The notes: generated by a model not told the origin, from the sequence alone. A stretch of DNA of 64,000 nt from Felis catus (GCF_018350175.1 NC_058368.1:29018001-29082000), one strand, 5' to 3'; counted from the stretch's first letter, positions 25,839-38,822 are shown. Program-made: numbers and translations.

Positions 25839-25891
25839 AAAAGAAAAAGAAAGAAAGAAGAAAGAAAGAAAGAAAAGAAAGAAGAAAAAAA
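24585..25891 (+). repeat. ~1.3 kb compound (GAAA)n/(GGAA)n polypurine tract
   Basis: Only three pyrimidines seen (T24827, T25652, C25750). Confidence 0.97.
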
Positions 25892-26236
25892 TCAGCAGGA
25901 AGGGATCAGAATTATTTCTGCCTTTGTGAGGCTGCCTGGGACCCCTGGCTGATCATCATGGCTGCCAAGCATTTCAAGCCTACACACAACCCAGAAAGAC
26001 AACCCCCTGAACTCACAAATCACTAGAAGACTTAGAAAAACTCAGTTGGCACATGTTCCTAAACCTAGACAAATCTGTGCTTCAGCAAGTTGCTTTGGAA
26101 AAAGCCTAACACAACATGGATTGGTCAAATTGGATGGATGGATGGAGGGAGGGAGGGAGGGATGGATGGGGTGGTGGGTGGGTAGGTGGATGGATTGAAG
26201 AGAAGAAAATTTACCCTATTTAAAATACCTAAAATA

Positions 26237-26442
26237 GGGGTGCCTAGGTGACTAAGTCAGTTGGGCACCCAACTCTTGATTTCAGTTGAGTCATCTCATG
26301 GTTGTGAGATCAAGCCCCACATTGGGCTCCAAGCTGAGCATGGAGCCTATTTGATATTCTTTCTCTCTCTCTCCCTCTAACCCTCTCCCCCGCTTGTGCT
26401 CTCTCTCTCTCTCTCAAAAATAATAACAACAACAACAACAAC
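26237..26442 (+). mobile_element. Can-SINE with (AAC)n tail
   Basis: ggggtgcctaggtgactaag head; TSD aaaatacctaaa. Confidence 0.9.
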
Positions 26443-28012
26443 AAAATACCTAAAGGAAAGGAGATTAGCACCCACAATAACAATACTGTAGCAGAGATAG
26501 AGATTAAGCTTTAGTTTAAGCAGGAATTCTGTCACATCTGCTAGAGTGGCAGCATAGGCCCACCCCTAATCCATTTACATGAGAGATGAGGAACCACAGG
26601 GAAAGATGTCATCCCAAGAGAAGAATAAATCAGACACCCAAGCTTGACCTTATAACAAAATATTGGAAGTGGGAGAGGCAAGTATGCTGTGTGGTATTGA
26701 ACATGAGTTTGTGTCCAGGTCAGCCCCTGGTGACGAGGAGACATCTAGGTAGCTGTGCCCAGAAGACACCACATCACCCAACAGAAACCATTTTTCTGTG
26801 AGTAACTGAGTCGGTTCCAAGGGACCACATGCTGCTTACCAAGGCACAGAGGACTTGGCAACAAATGTCCTTAAGCTCTTGGGCATTGGATTCAAATCAT
26901 GACTACCATACTAACTAGTTTTCTGTCCTAGGGAAGTTTTCTAAGACACCTTTTTTATTGAGATACAATTCACATACCATAAAATTCACCCTTTTAAAGC
27001 ATACAGTTCAGTCAGTGGTTTGGAGTATATTCAGAAAGTTGTGCAAATATCACCACCTAATTCCAGAATATTTTCATCACCCCAGAAGGAAATCTCATAT
27101 TTATTAGTAGTCACTCCCCACTGCCCCTCCCCCATCTCCTGGCAACTGTAATCTACTTTCTTTCTCAATGAATTTGCCTATGCTGAATTATTTCATGCAA
27201 ATAGATTCATACTCATGGGACCTTTTTTTTGCTTCTTTCTTTTACCATAATGATTTCAGGATTCATCCTTGTTGTATCATGGATCACTACTTCACTCTTT
27301 TTTATGCCAAATATTATTCAATTGTGTCAACATACTACATTTTGTTTTTCCATTTATAACTTGATGGATATTTTGGCTATTTCCACTTTTTGGCTAATAT
27401 GAATAATGCTGCTATGAGCATTCATGTACAAGCTTTTATGTGGACATGTTCTCAGTTCTCTAGGAGTAGAATTGCTAGGTCATATAGTAACTCTATGCTT
27501 AACTTTTCGAGGAATTGGGCAGCTATTTTCCAAAATGGCTGCACCATTGAATTCTCACCAGCAATATGAGGGTTCCAAATTCTCTACATCCTTTCTAACA
27601 CTTGTTATTTTCTATCTTTTTGATTATAGCCATCCTAGTGGATGTGAAATGGTATCTCATGTGGGTTTGATTCTCATTTTCCTAATAACTAATGATATTG
27701 AGCATCTTTTTCTTTGCTTATAACCATTTGTATATCTTCTTTAGAGAAATATCTGTTCAAATCCTTTGCCCATTTCTTTAATTGGATATTTGTCTTTTTA
27801 TTGTTGAGTTGTAGGAACTCTATATATTCTGGATATTAGACCATTATCAGATATATGATTTGCAATTATTTCCCCCATTCTATGAGTTGCCTTCATTTTC
27901 TCAATAAGGGTCCTTGAAAGTACAAAAGTTTTTAATTTTAATGAAGTCCAACTTATCTATCTTTTCTTTGGTTGCTTATGCTTTGGGTGTTATATCTAAG
28001 AAAAAATTGCCA

Positions 28013-28144
28013 GGGCACCTGGCTGGCTCAGTTGGTAGAGCATACTTCCCTCGAGCTTGGGTTGTAAGTTCAAGCCCCATGCTGGGGGTAGAGATTACTT
28101 AAAAATAAAAATAAAAAACCTTAAAAAAAAAAAAAAAGAATGAA
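28013..28144 (+). mobile_element. Short old-type Can-SINE (tRNA head plus A-tail, no CT tract)
   Basis: gggcacctggctggctcagttggtagagcat...gttcaagccccatgctggggg. Confidence 0.85.
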
Positions 28145-28360
28145 GGGGCGCCTGGGTGGCTCAGTCAGTTGAGCGGCCGACTTCGGCTCGGGTCACGATC
28201 TCGCGGTCCGTGAGTTTGAGCCCCGCGTCGGGCTCTGTGCTGACAGCTCGGAGCCTGGAGCCTGTTTCGGATTCTGTGTCTCCCTCTCTCTGACCTTCCC
28301 CCATTCATGCTCTGTCTCTCTCTGTCTCAAAAATAAATAAACGTTAAAAAAAAAATAAAA
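28145..28360 (+). mobile_element. Young CpG-rich SINEC_Fc nested in the tail of the previous SINE
   Basis: Many intact CpGs; TSD (a)nGAATGAA ending at 28144 and 28375. Confidence 0.95.
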
Positions 28361-30351
28361 AAAAAAAAGAATGAAAACATTGCCTAATCCCAAGTCATGA
28401 AAATTCATGCTTACATTTTCTTCTAAGAGTTTCATAGCTTAACCTCTCACCTTTGATCCATTCTGAGTTAATTTTTGTGTGAAATAGGGTACAACTTTTC
28501 TTTTGCATGTGCATATCCAGTTTTCCCAGCACTACTTGTTGAAAAGACAGCTCTTTCCCAATTGAGCTATCATGGCATCCCTGTCTAAAAGTAAATGACC
28601 ATAAATGTTTGGGTTTATTTGTGGACCATTAATTCTATTCTAATGATCTATATGACTATCCTTATGCTACTGCCGTGAAGTCTAGATTGGGAAAGTTTTG
28701 TGGTTAAGTTTTGAAAACTATGAATCCTACAACTTTGTTCTTTTTCAAGATTATTTTTGCTGTTCTTTACATTTCCATATCAATTTTAGAATCAGCTTGT
28801 CATTAAAATCCCTACTAAAAAGCTGGGATTTTAGTTGGGATCGCTTTGAATCTACGGATCATAATGGGGAGTATTGCCGTCTAACAATATTTAAGTTGTC
28901 CAATCCATGAACACAAGGTCAGTTTCTATTTCTTGAGGACCTCTTTCATTGCATTCAACAATATTTTATAGTTTTCAGTTGTCTAAGGCTTGCACGTCTT
29001 TAATTTTTATTCCTAAGTGTGTATGTGTGTATATTTATTTATCCCTAAGCATGTTCTTCTTTTTGATGCTATTGTATAGGGAATTATTTTCTCAATTTTA
29101 TTTTCAGATTGTTTATTGCTCAAGGACAGAAATACAACTGAGTTTTGAATGGTGAACTTTCATCTTCCCGTCTTGCTGAGCGTGTTTACTAGCTGTAACA
29201 GGGCAAGTTAAAGCACCACGAAGCTCATGGTTCTTAGTAAGATTCGGCCACTTTTCTTAAATATATTCCCTGATTGTTGCAAGTCTTTAGTTATTTGCAG
29301 AATTTTGAAACAATTAATTCTGACTTTTTTTTTTTTTTTTTTTTTTTCCCGTGCTGTAAGGGCTTTTATGGAGGGGAGGATTTCCAAAGGTCTTGACCCC
29401 ACCATTTTCACTCACATTACCCCCCTCTCAAGGAAGTTTCTCATACCTCCATTTCCTCAACTGTATTACTATCTTTCCATCATTTTGGGTGTAAAGCACC
29501 TAACACCACCTGGTGCTAGCAGTTAATTAGGAAAGTTATTATCACCGGAGAAATAGATGGCAGTGAATGTGCTGGGGCTGCCTAACCTTGTTCGGGAACA
29601 CACAACACAATCCCCTGGTGACTCCGTTTATACCCAAATAGCTCTCCACATAGCCCCACCTAGTCTTCCATTCAATTCCTCACAAACCAAACATCTCTTT
29701 CATTCCCTTTCCCAAGCTGTACTCCCTCAGTGTCTGATGTGAGCTAGCTGGCAATGTGCTAATTACTAACACGCCATTTCTCCAGGTAACTCGGGGTCTT
29801 ACTGAGTTCTGCTCACGGATATCAGGGAGGTTCCCGAGCCTGAGGCAGCCACAGCCAGCTCAGGCCACAGGAGCCTAGAGGAGGCAGGAAAACCTTGCTC
29901 CTCTCAAACCCACCCCAGCTCCATCCCCCTTCACTTCAGGCCAGCCCTAGCTAGGAAGACTTCCGTGGTTTATGAATGGTTCTAAGAAGACTAAACTCGG
30001 AGGTTATGTGGTCTGTGGTATCAACCAGGAACAACAACTAAGTAATCGCAATAAACCTCCTCTCTGTGCAGAACCTCTTCCGGGCTGTGCAGAACTTCCA
30101 TCGTCCCAGCCTCATGGAAGCCCTGCAGGTTACTGAGTTAGCAAGGTGCCACGCCCCTCAAGGACACAGTGCTCCTCCCATGCCCCTCACTGTAGTCTGC
30201 CATAGCTCCCAACTGACTGTGTCTGCTCTCCCCTTTGCTGGAAACCCCCTCCCACTCCATCCCCCATGTGACCACCTCTCAGTCCTTCAAAGCCTAGTCA
30301 CAGGACCTTCAGAGAGGATTTCCCAAGAATCTTCTTTGCCACTGCTTCGCC

Positions 30352-31165
30352 TCAAATATCTGTTGAGCACTTGCTATGTTTCAGGCCCTATCCTAGGCTG
30401 GGATACAACAGTGAACTTATTCTATGAAACACACATTCTAGTGGCAAGACCAAAAATAAACAGAAAATATGCAGTAATTATGCAGAAATATGCAGAAATA
30501 TGCAGAAAATATGTAAGTAATAAGCTCTCATAATAAAAATAAAAGAGAGTTAAGGTTGGGTTGGGGGGGTGCACTATTTTAAATAAGGTACTCAGGGAAA
30601 CCTGAGTCTGATAAGACAACAATTGAATAGAAACCTGAAGGAAGTAAGGCCCTGGTCCTGGGCTGCACCAATATCAAAGATAAGAGCATTCCAGCCAGAG
30701 AGAATAGCATGTACAAAGGCCCTGAGGTGGAAGCAGATTTCACAAGCTTGAAAAACAGCAAGGAGACCGGTATGTCTGGAGTGGAGTGAACAAGGGGAGA
30801 GTGTCAAATTATAAGGCCAGAGAGATATCATACCCCATACTACATTGGGCCTTATAGATCATGGTAAGGACTTTGGATTTTACAGGATGTAAATCTGGAA
30901 GCCAATGGAGGGTTCTGACACAGTAGTGACGTACTCTGAATTGCATTTTGAAAGGAGCACTTGGGCTGCCATATTGAGAGACCATGGAAGGCCCAGGATG
31001 AAATTAGACCAGTTAAGGAGCTCGCTGCAACAGTTAAGACGTGGTGGTAAGATGGTGCAGGAACCTGGGTGAGCAGTGGAGGCAGTGAGACGTGGTCAGA
31101 ATCTGAATATGTTCTGAAGATGGAGCCAACAGGATTTGCTGATGGGTTAGATGTGGAATGTGACC
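30352..31165 (-). mobile_element. L2 3' fragment containing a ~5x 10-mer tandem (ATGCAGAAAT, ~30461-30515)
   Basis: caaatatctgttgagcacttgctatg; gcaaggagacc...ctggagtggagtga; ggactttggatttt; ggagccaacaggatttgctgatggg. Confidence 0.75.
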
Positions 31166-31479
31166 CCTTCTGTTGCAGTTTCCTGAACCATCTACAGACA
31201 CTGCAAGTTGTAGCCTTTGACTCTCCATGGTTGTGGATGGGAGGCACTTTGGCTGTCTCCAACTAAGATCCTCTTTCTGCAGGTCACACTGTGTGACTAC
31301 ACTGGGAACTAGCAGAGTGTAACCATCTCCCAACAGCTGACAAGAGGCAACACCACGGACAGCCATACGAGCAGCCCCCAAGCTGAGGCATGGACAGGTC
31401 CCAGCAGGGCTGGCAGAGGAGAAGGAAAGGACATCAGAATGGGAGTTTGCCACCTTGTCTGTACGTTGGCGTCACGTGG

Positions 31480-31606
31480 GAGAGTTCTCGTCCAGATGGT
31501 ACTCCAGACCAATTTGTCAGAGTACCTGTGGGTGGGAGCCTGGCATCCATGCTTTTCAGTTTCCCAGGAGATCCCCAACATTCAGCCAAGGTTGGGAGCC
31601 ACTACC
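31480..31606. mobile_element. MER5-like hAT DNA transposon fragment
   Basis: tcccaggagatcc...cagccaaggttgggagccact terminus. Confidence 0.55.
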
Positions 31607-32782
31607 TTGAATCAACAAGTGCTTTTTTTATGCCTCCTGGTGTTTGCTGATTCCAGTTGTGCTTAGCAAGGGGCTAAGTGAGGGAGGGGGGCATGAGAAC
31701 CCCCCCACACACACCATCCTTGCAGAGTAAGGGGAACCACACAAGGGCTGCAGAGCGTTCTTCTGCTCACAACTGAAATCAAATCAATCTCTCCAAGAAA
31801 GCATTGCAAATCAACCCGACCTCACTCCACACCTCCACCTCCAGTCCTGTTTTGAATATAAGTGTATTTCAAAGACTTTTTTTAATGCTATCGAGCCAAG
31901 CTCTGCCCAGGAATGTCTCCCAGCAGAGCCCACCTGTGTGTGGAATGTGGCAGAGAAGGGCGAGAGCCCGGGGCTGAGCCCAGCATGTTGAAGTGTTCAT
32001 TTCCCACCTGGGCACTGGAACAGATGGGGTGGTGGCCAGGAACCTGAGGAGAGTGAGAGAATGAAGGATTTCTCCAAGACATACGGACTTGGAAACAGGT
32101 CAAATCTCAATTACAGACCCAGGAGCCAGAGCGACCTGCTCCCCTCTGCCCCCCTGGTGAAGCCCCTGGGTCGGCCACTCCAGAGCCAGCAGACAGAGGA
32201 GCCATTCATTGCACAGACCCTTTCCCATTTATCCAAATCCCCAGACACTTTGTGGATAGAACCCAAATAACTTGATTAAGGTAAGGTGAAATGAGACACG
32301 TTCGCTGCTTGAAAATTGAGAACATCTGTCCCGGGTAGCAAACCAAAGCCAAGGCTCTTTGTAACTAAGGAAAGGGCATCCCCGAGGAGTCCAGGCATGA
32401 GAGCAGGGCCGGTTCTCTCTACACCCTCCTCCTTGCCCACCCAAAGGGCAGCCAGGGGGATTGTGACTCAGGACTGCGGAGAGAGGGTGAGTGCAGTGGT
32501 CAGGCCAACCTGGACTTGACCCTTGACTCCACCACGACTGCTTACGTGCCCTTAAGGTCCATGTTTAACCTGGTAGCTACAGCGTCCTCACAGGCTTGCG
32601 GGAAGATTAAGCAGATGCTGACACGTGAAGGTATTCTGTTATGTTGTCTCCCCCAGGCTCCCCTTGGCTGCCCACTGGACCCATGATTTGGCAGACTCAG
32701 TTAAAGCTGAGTCAGGCTCTCATTCCCGTGCCCTAAAGGCCTCCTTTCTGTGGGTCCAGAAGGAGGAGAGTAAAAGAACCAG

Positions 32783-33112
32783 GTTATAGACAATGTCTTT
32801 TTCCCCCCAAAATTCGTATGTTGAAATCCTATCTCCAGGACTTGGCATTTGGGGATAGGCCCTTCAGGAGGCGATTGGGTGATTAATGCCCTTATAAAGA
32901 GATCCCAGAGAGTTCTTCCACTGCTTCCATTTGAGGACACAGCAAGAAGATGGCCATCAGTGAACCAGGAAGCAGGACCTTGCCATACACAGATCTGCTG
33001 GCGCCTTGATCTTGGACTTGCCAGCCTCCAGAACTAAGGGAAATAGGTGATTTTTGTCTAAGCCACCCGGTCTATGGTATTTTTGTTATAGCAGCCCAAA
33101 CAGACCAAGGTA
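32783..33112 (+). mobile_element. MaLR LTR (MLT1A-like)
   Basis: ccccccaaaattcgtatgttgaaatcct...ttgatcttggacttgccagcctccagaact...tatggtatttttgttatagcagccc. Confidence 0.85.
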
Positions 33113-33439
33113 GGCCAGGTTGTGGCCATGCTGTCACAGAAGAGGCCCCCAGCATGTGGGGAAAGTTCTGGCTCCAGAGTCATGTTGGGTGAATGACTTT
33201 CAAATACAGTGAGGTGGTAGCCCCAGCACTGGTCCCAGAGAAAGTTCATCGTGACACCACTTCATGAATGATGACATGAGGTCTAGAGAAGCATCTAAAG
33301 ATGTTACAATCATCCCCACGACAAAATGGGGAAGAAACAAGGGATAGCAATGCTGGAATCTCCCCCACCCACAAGGTGGCATTGCTTAATATGACTGCAG
33401 CTCACGCCTTCTTCCAAGCAGACTCCAAAATAGGGTTCC

Positions 33440-33907
33440 TGTAGGGGATTAAAGGTGGCCGCAGTTCTTCGTCATTCTCTCATCGGGAGGTGAAGTTTAT
33501 TTCCCTTCCCTCAAGCCTGAGTTGGCTCATGACTGCTTGAGTATCAGAAGGTGGTAGGAGTGATGCTGGACCAATCCAAGCCTGAGAGCGCTTCTGCTGT
33601 GACACCTGTGACATTTTTGGGAGACCTGAACCTCCATGTTGAAAAGCTGAGCTTCTCTGCCAAAAAGTCCACATGGAGACGTCACGCAGAGGCCATATGG
33701 GAAGCAGATGCCTTGAGATGACATGGAGAGGCCAACTGTTCTCGGGCCCCAGGAGCCTCCAGGTGACTGCAGCCCCAGGTGCCACCTGACTACAACCACG
33801 AGTGAGCCCAAGAACTGCCCCGCTGAGCCTGAGAAGCAACAAAATGCTCACTGTTTTAAGCCATTAAGTTTGGAGGTGGTTTGTTGCACATCGCTGGATA
33901 ACGGACG
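33440..33907 (+). mobile_element. MaLR LTR (MLT1G/H-like)
   Basis: ...gaactgccccgctgagcc...tgttttaagccattaagtttggaggtggtttgttgc...gataac. Confidence 0.7.
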
Positions 33908-34373
33908 AGAGTGCTGCTCTTGAGTACCTTCCTGCTCCCCCGTCTATGAGACAGGCCCCACAGTCAAACTCCCCCACCCCTTGTACACAGAGTGTAGGTG
34001 CAGAGGACCCCAGGATGGGAAGGACATCAGATCGTGAGATCTCGGCTGCCTGTTTCTTTGTTACTGTCAGCAGGATTAAAACACGAGAGTCCTCCTCTGA
34101 TCCGATCCCCTATTCACCATCTGCTCACTGTCTCTGCCCAGGGCCCACATTGAAACCCTGAAGGCCGACTCAGCCTCCCCCGTTTAACCAGACCCTCCTG
34201 CTTCAGGGCGGGCAGTCCTAAGGGGTGGTCCATCCCATCCTCACCAGCACATCCTGACAGACCCTCCCTCCATCCTCCCTCTTCTCCAACTCTGCCAGCC
34301 CTTCCGCCCAAACCCATCTACCTGACAAGAGCTCTCATCTTCCACAGACACAGGACGATATTAAAAACTCTCA

Positions 34374-34570
34374 GGGCTCCTGGGTGCATCCGTCTGTTGA
34401 GCTTCTGACTCTTGATCTCGGCTCAGGTCAGGATGTCATGGTTTGTGAGTTCAAGCCCCTTGTCGGCTCCATCCCGACAGTGTGAAGGCTGCTTAGGATT
34501 CTCTCTCCCTCTCTGCCCCTCCCCAACTCACGCTCTGTCTCTGAAAATACATAAAGTTTAAAAAAATGAA
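34374..34570 (+). mobile_element. Can-SINE
   Basis: Diverged head gggctcctgggtg; ggctcaggtcagga; A-tail. Confidence 0.85.
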
Positions 34571-34787
34571 AAGTCTCATTCCAAACCCAAGCCTGCAGTC
34601 AGGAATGAAATCAAATAACACTCTCTGAAAGAAAACTGGAAGGTCCCTTCACAGACTTGGCACTTACCCCGTGCCTTGCCCTGCTTTGAGGGTCAAGTGT
34701 GGCTTATAGAGATTTTATGGAAAATTCCAAACAGACACAAAAGTACAGTACACCCCCATGGACATCACCCAGGGCTCACAGCAAATC

Positions 34788-35000
34788 TTTTTTTTTTTTT
34801 TTAGTTTTTTATTTATTTATTTTGAGAGAGAGAGAGAAAGAGAGAGGGAGAGGCAGAAAGAGGGAGAGAGAGCATCCCAAGCAGCCTCTCTGCTGTCAGC
34901 ACAGAGCCTGACATGAGACTCAAACTCACAAACTGAGATCATGACCTGAGCTGAAATCAAGAGTCAGAAGCTTGATCGACTGAGCCCCCACCCTGGGCGC
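34788..35000 (-). mobile_element. Can-SINE inserted in an old L1 fragment (~34700-35200)
   Basis: T-tail, (GA)n, atcatgacctgagctgaaatc; TSD gcaaa(t/c)ctt. Confidence 0.88.
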
Positions 35001-35813
35001 GGGCAAACCTTGTTTTCTGTCACCTCACCCCCTCTCCCCTATGCCCACCTTCCAGATGATTCTGATACAAATCACAGACATGATATTGCTTCATCGCTAA
35101 ATACTTGGAGAAGCCTCTCTAGAAGCAAGGACTATCCTTTCTCACCACAATACCATAGTACATAGGCTTCGAGAAGTCCAACATGTGCCAGGCCTGACCC
35201 AAGAATGTGTCCCCGTAGGTAAGGCCCACCTGTGGAATGTGGCGGAGAGATGACAGAGCACCAGGCTGGCCCCAGGGTATTAGCTGCAGTTCTGGGTGCC
35301 AGATGGAACGCAGGGGACCTCGGAGCCTGAGGACAGCGAGAACCACAGACAAACAGGAAAGAGACTCCCCAGAGCTGACTGGACTTGGAGGCAGCCACAG
35401 TGCTGCTCTGCGGTCACACCCACTCTTGTCATCTTCCTCCATCAGGGCTGCGTCTCACGGCCCTGGCGTTCTCGGGTGGGCTCAGAGCTATGGACCACCT
35501 GAAGGGAAAATGGGTCTAGTCGTTCACTGTCACCCTGAGAAGAGTGCAGATTCCAGTGGCTGCCAACCATAGTAGGTCACGCCCGTCGCCTCAGCCCCAG
35601 GCTCTGCCGCTCGGGCCTTACCCAGAATGCCTGGCTCAGGAGCATGGCGGGACTCCTGTCTTTTCCATGAATCTGAAACATGGACCAGAACAAGGAAAGA
35701 CGTGGAAGATTAAAGTCTATTTCTGTTATGCATTTTAAAAATGCTTTAGTTGGTGAATTCCTGAAAAATAGTAACTGTGCCTTATGTTTATCTCTCTCAC
35801 AGTTTCTGTCCCA

Positions 35814-36031
35814 CAGTTCTTCACCCTCGGCACTATTGAATTTTAATTCTTTATTGTGGGGACTTAGGGAAGAGCAGTCTGAGCATCGAAGGATGTTGAG
35901 CAACATCCCTAGCCTCTACTCCCTGGGAGCCAGTACCAGCCTCTCTCCTTGTGACAACCAAGAATGTCTGCAGACATTGCAAATGTTCCCTGGGAAGCAA
36001 ATCTGCCTTCGAGTTGAGAGCCACCCATCTA
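35814..36031. mobile_element. MER20-like hAT DNA transposon
   Basis: ggcactattga...ggatgttgagcaacatccctagcctctac...gtgacaaccaagaatgtctgcagacattgcaaatgt...gttgagagccac. Confidence 0.8.
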
Positions 36032-36370
36032 CACAATAGTGAGTGGTCAACTTGTTCATTTGTATCTTTATTCCTCTAATTCGTGTTAAATCCCTTCTGA
36101 AAGAGATGTTGACTCACTGTGTTAGATAAATTAGAAATGAGTGGATAACAGGAAATTTTCTTGAGAAGCCTCTTATCTGTCTTAAGGATTTTGATCAAAC
36201 TTGCCAGTTTTTTGGTCAATAATAATTGTTATTTAGATTTCAAATATGTAAATTATATTTAAGTCAGAAGCACCTCAAGTAAGTTAAAACCAAGCCATCA
36301 AAGCAAATAACTGTGGCATGTTAAGTGACTGGGTTCTGTGTAAATTTTTTTTGTTCGTTTTTTTCTGCTA

Positions 36371-36456
36371 TTTTTTTTAATTTTTTTTTAATGTTTATTT
36401 ATTTATTTTGAGAAAGAGGGGGGGAGAGAGAGCACAGCTGGGGAGGGGCAGAGAGA

Positions 36457-36507
<51 letters not shown>

Positions 36508-36633
36508 CCCAAGCAGGCTCCACACCATCCACGTAGAGAGCCCAATGCGGGGCCCGAACTCACAAACTGCGAGATCCTGACCTGAGCTGAGATCCAGAGT
36601 CGAATGCTTAACCAACTGCACCACCCAGGCCCC
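36371..36633 (-). mobile_element. Can-SINE with long (GA)n
   Basis: T-tail, (GA)n, ccacccaggcccc end. Confidence 0.92.
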
Positions 36634-38819
36634 TATTTATTTTTACAATTAAAAAACAACAAGAGACTGTCTCTGGGGTTGGGGCTACAAATAAGTCTAC
36701 ATATCATGACATTTTTCCTGTGGACTCTGAGAACCTACATCTTAGTTTTGTAAGCCTTGAGTAGGAGTTCCAATCACCTTCATATTTTATTTCTTTCTTT
36801 CTTTTTTTTTTTTTTGTTTTGCATTCCTAAATGAGGCAAAACACCCTTCAGGATGTCCACATTGCAGCAAAAACCACAATAGCTGTGGAACAATTTACAT
36901 CCGGCTGAAAATTTAGACTTTCCTCACAAATTTAGAATTCGTCTCACTTCCACTGATGATTCCAGTTGATTATGATTTCTCTCCGACTCTACTATCTGAA
37001 AGTTGCCTTATTTGAACCCACAGACGTTAGTGCCAGAGAAGTCCCCCAGGTTAAAATATCTTCAGACCAAAGATAGGCTGGCCTGAGTCACCACAGAAAC
37101 ACTCACCATGGGGCCCCAGACACTCTGCAAGTCAACTCAGAGCACACGTTTTCCCAAATCTTGAGGGCCTCATGACCATGAAGCACTGCTCCCCCATCTC
37201 AGGGTCTGCACCCAGCTGCAGGCAGTTATTTCAGAACCCTGGGCCCCTATCCAAAACAAAAGCCTGGATGCCACAGAGGTCCTGTGAGAAGCCTCTTAGT
37301 TTGAAAAATTAAAGTAAGGGAAAGCTGACCTGAAGCCCCTGCTGGGGAAAAAAGTCCTTATTTCCCGAGAAGTCAGAGTGAGTGAGAAAGCCCAGGACCA
37401 GAGGTACTCAGACTCCTGGGGATGGGCCTCGTCAATGCCCTGGAGGCCCCAGAGCCTTCCAGGGTTAAGGTATGGCATCTCCACAAGTCCCCAGCCACAC
37501 TGCAAGGGTTTCTCTGTAAATGAGCTGTCACCTGAGAAAGCAGAGAGCAGAGCCATGAGGTAATGAGGGAGGGCAGGCCGGGCTGATGAAGAAATAGAGC
37601 AAGGGAGGGCGAGTGTCTGTGGTACCTTGCAGGGAGGCAGGGAGACCGGGACAGGGATGCTTCCAGGCTCACCTGCTTCTCCAACCTGCCTGAGACCAAG
37701 GGTCTCTCGGGCCCTGGGCCCAGGGCTGCCCGTCCCCGTGGCCACATTGGGGTGGAGGTGGCGAAATGGCCTTGTCCAGCGGCACATCCAAACTGCTCCA
37801 TGTTGTCAGCCTCTCTGCTTTGAATCCCCAGCTCAGACTCCGCCCCGGAAGGTGGGAAAAAAGACTCCTGTCAGAGACTGAGTCACAGCAGGAATTAAGA
37901 CAGAAGATGGAAATTTTAACCTTTTCGATTTCCTGAGCAGGGCAGTGAAAAGGAAGACTGTTCTGAAAGAGGCAGACTCTGGGCACACACTGGGCTTCAG
38001 TTTGGCAAGGGACGTGATGTGCCCTTGACCAGGGCTCCCAGGGCAGGGGGTGGGAAGCACTGACCCCCTGGGACAGGGGAGGCATTCAGACCCCTGGGAT
38101 CCCACCGGGCTGGCAGGATCAGCCCCTCGACGGATGCCCTGGCCAGGCTGGGAGCTGCCCCTCTCCCATGGTGGAAAACAAGGCCAGGCCTTGGGGGGCC
38201 GCCCCTGACCGCGTGGTAAACCCCACTTGCCGGGCCCAGCTCAGTCCACTGCAGCCACAGGGACCCCCGGGACTTGAACAGAAGCCCATGTCTTGCAACA
38301 GAAGGAACTTTGTTTCCTGGACTGGGCTGAGCTTTTTTCTCCTCTCTCTTCAGGGGCTGTCGGGGCTACTGAGGGGAGTTGACTGTGATTTCCAGCTTGG
38401 CAACGATGTAAATGTGAGGGTTCACGCTGACGGGAAAGAGATGGCATTTTCTCTGGGGACTGGTTCCTCAGCCATCACCCACTGCTCAGACCCAGGCCCC
38501 TGAGAGGGTCTGAGGCTCCAGGAAGACGGTTCAGCCAGTTCTCCTCCTCTGAGGAGATCCATACCACAGTGGTGGCTGAAACTTCACACAGAGGTCAGAA
38601 GTGAGGAGGCCCCTGCTGAGGTGCTGCCACTGGTTTGAGAAGCACCTGGAGACCTTCCCGCAGCAGCCAGGCTCTCCCACTGCACCAGATGCTCAGACCT
38701 GGGCCTCTGCCCACCCCACCTGTCCCAGACGAGCTGCTAAAGGCCTGTCCATTTCCTTCCCCAGATGAAGCGTCCCTCTGTGCCTGAAGTTTTCACAGCA
38801 TCTTATTTGTCATGACAAG

Positions 38820-38822
38820 TTT

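Larger units (their letters stand above)
26951..29420 (-). mobile_element. Old L1 (L1MB-like): 3' UTR and ORF2 3' part, plus an apparent 5'-end piece; interrupted by two SINEs
   Basis: Starts ttttttattgagatacaattcacataccataaaattcaccc (L1MB 3' end). Degenerate ORF2 sequence on the - strand (KLLEENV...FHDLGLGN at 28193..28435). Confidence 0.85.

Noticed and set aside
24400..25952. 509-aa and 501-aa K/E/R/G-rich ORFs
   Set aside because: Artefacts of a T-free purine microsatellite that cannot encode stop codons. Two frames are open at once and there is no gene structure.
28013..28095. tRNA gene-like A/B boxes (also present in all SINE heads)
   Set aside because: These are tRNA-derived Can-SINE heads with A-tails and TSDs, not tRNA genes.
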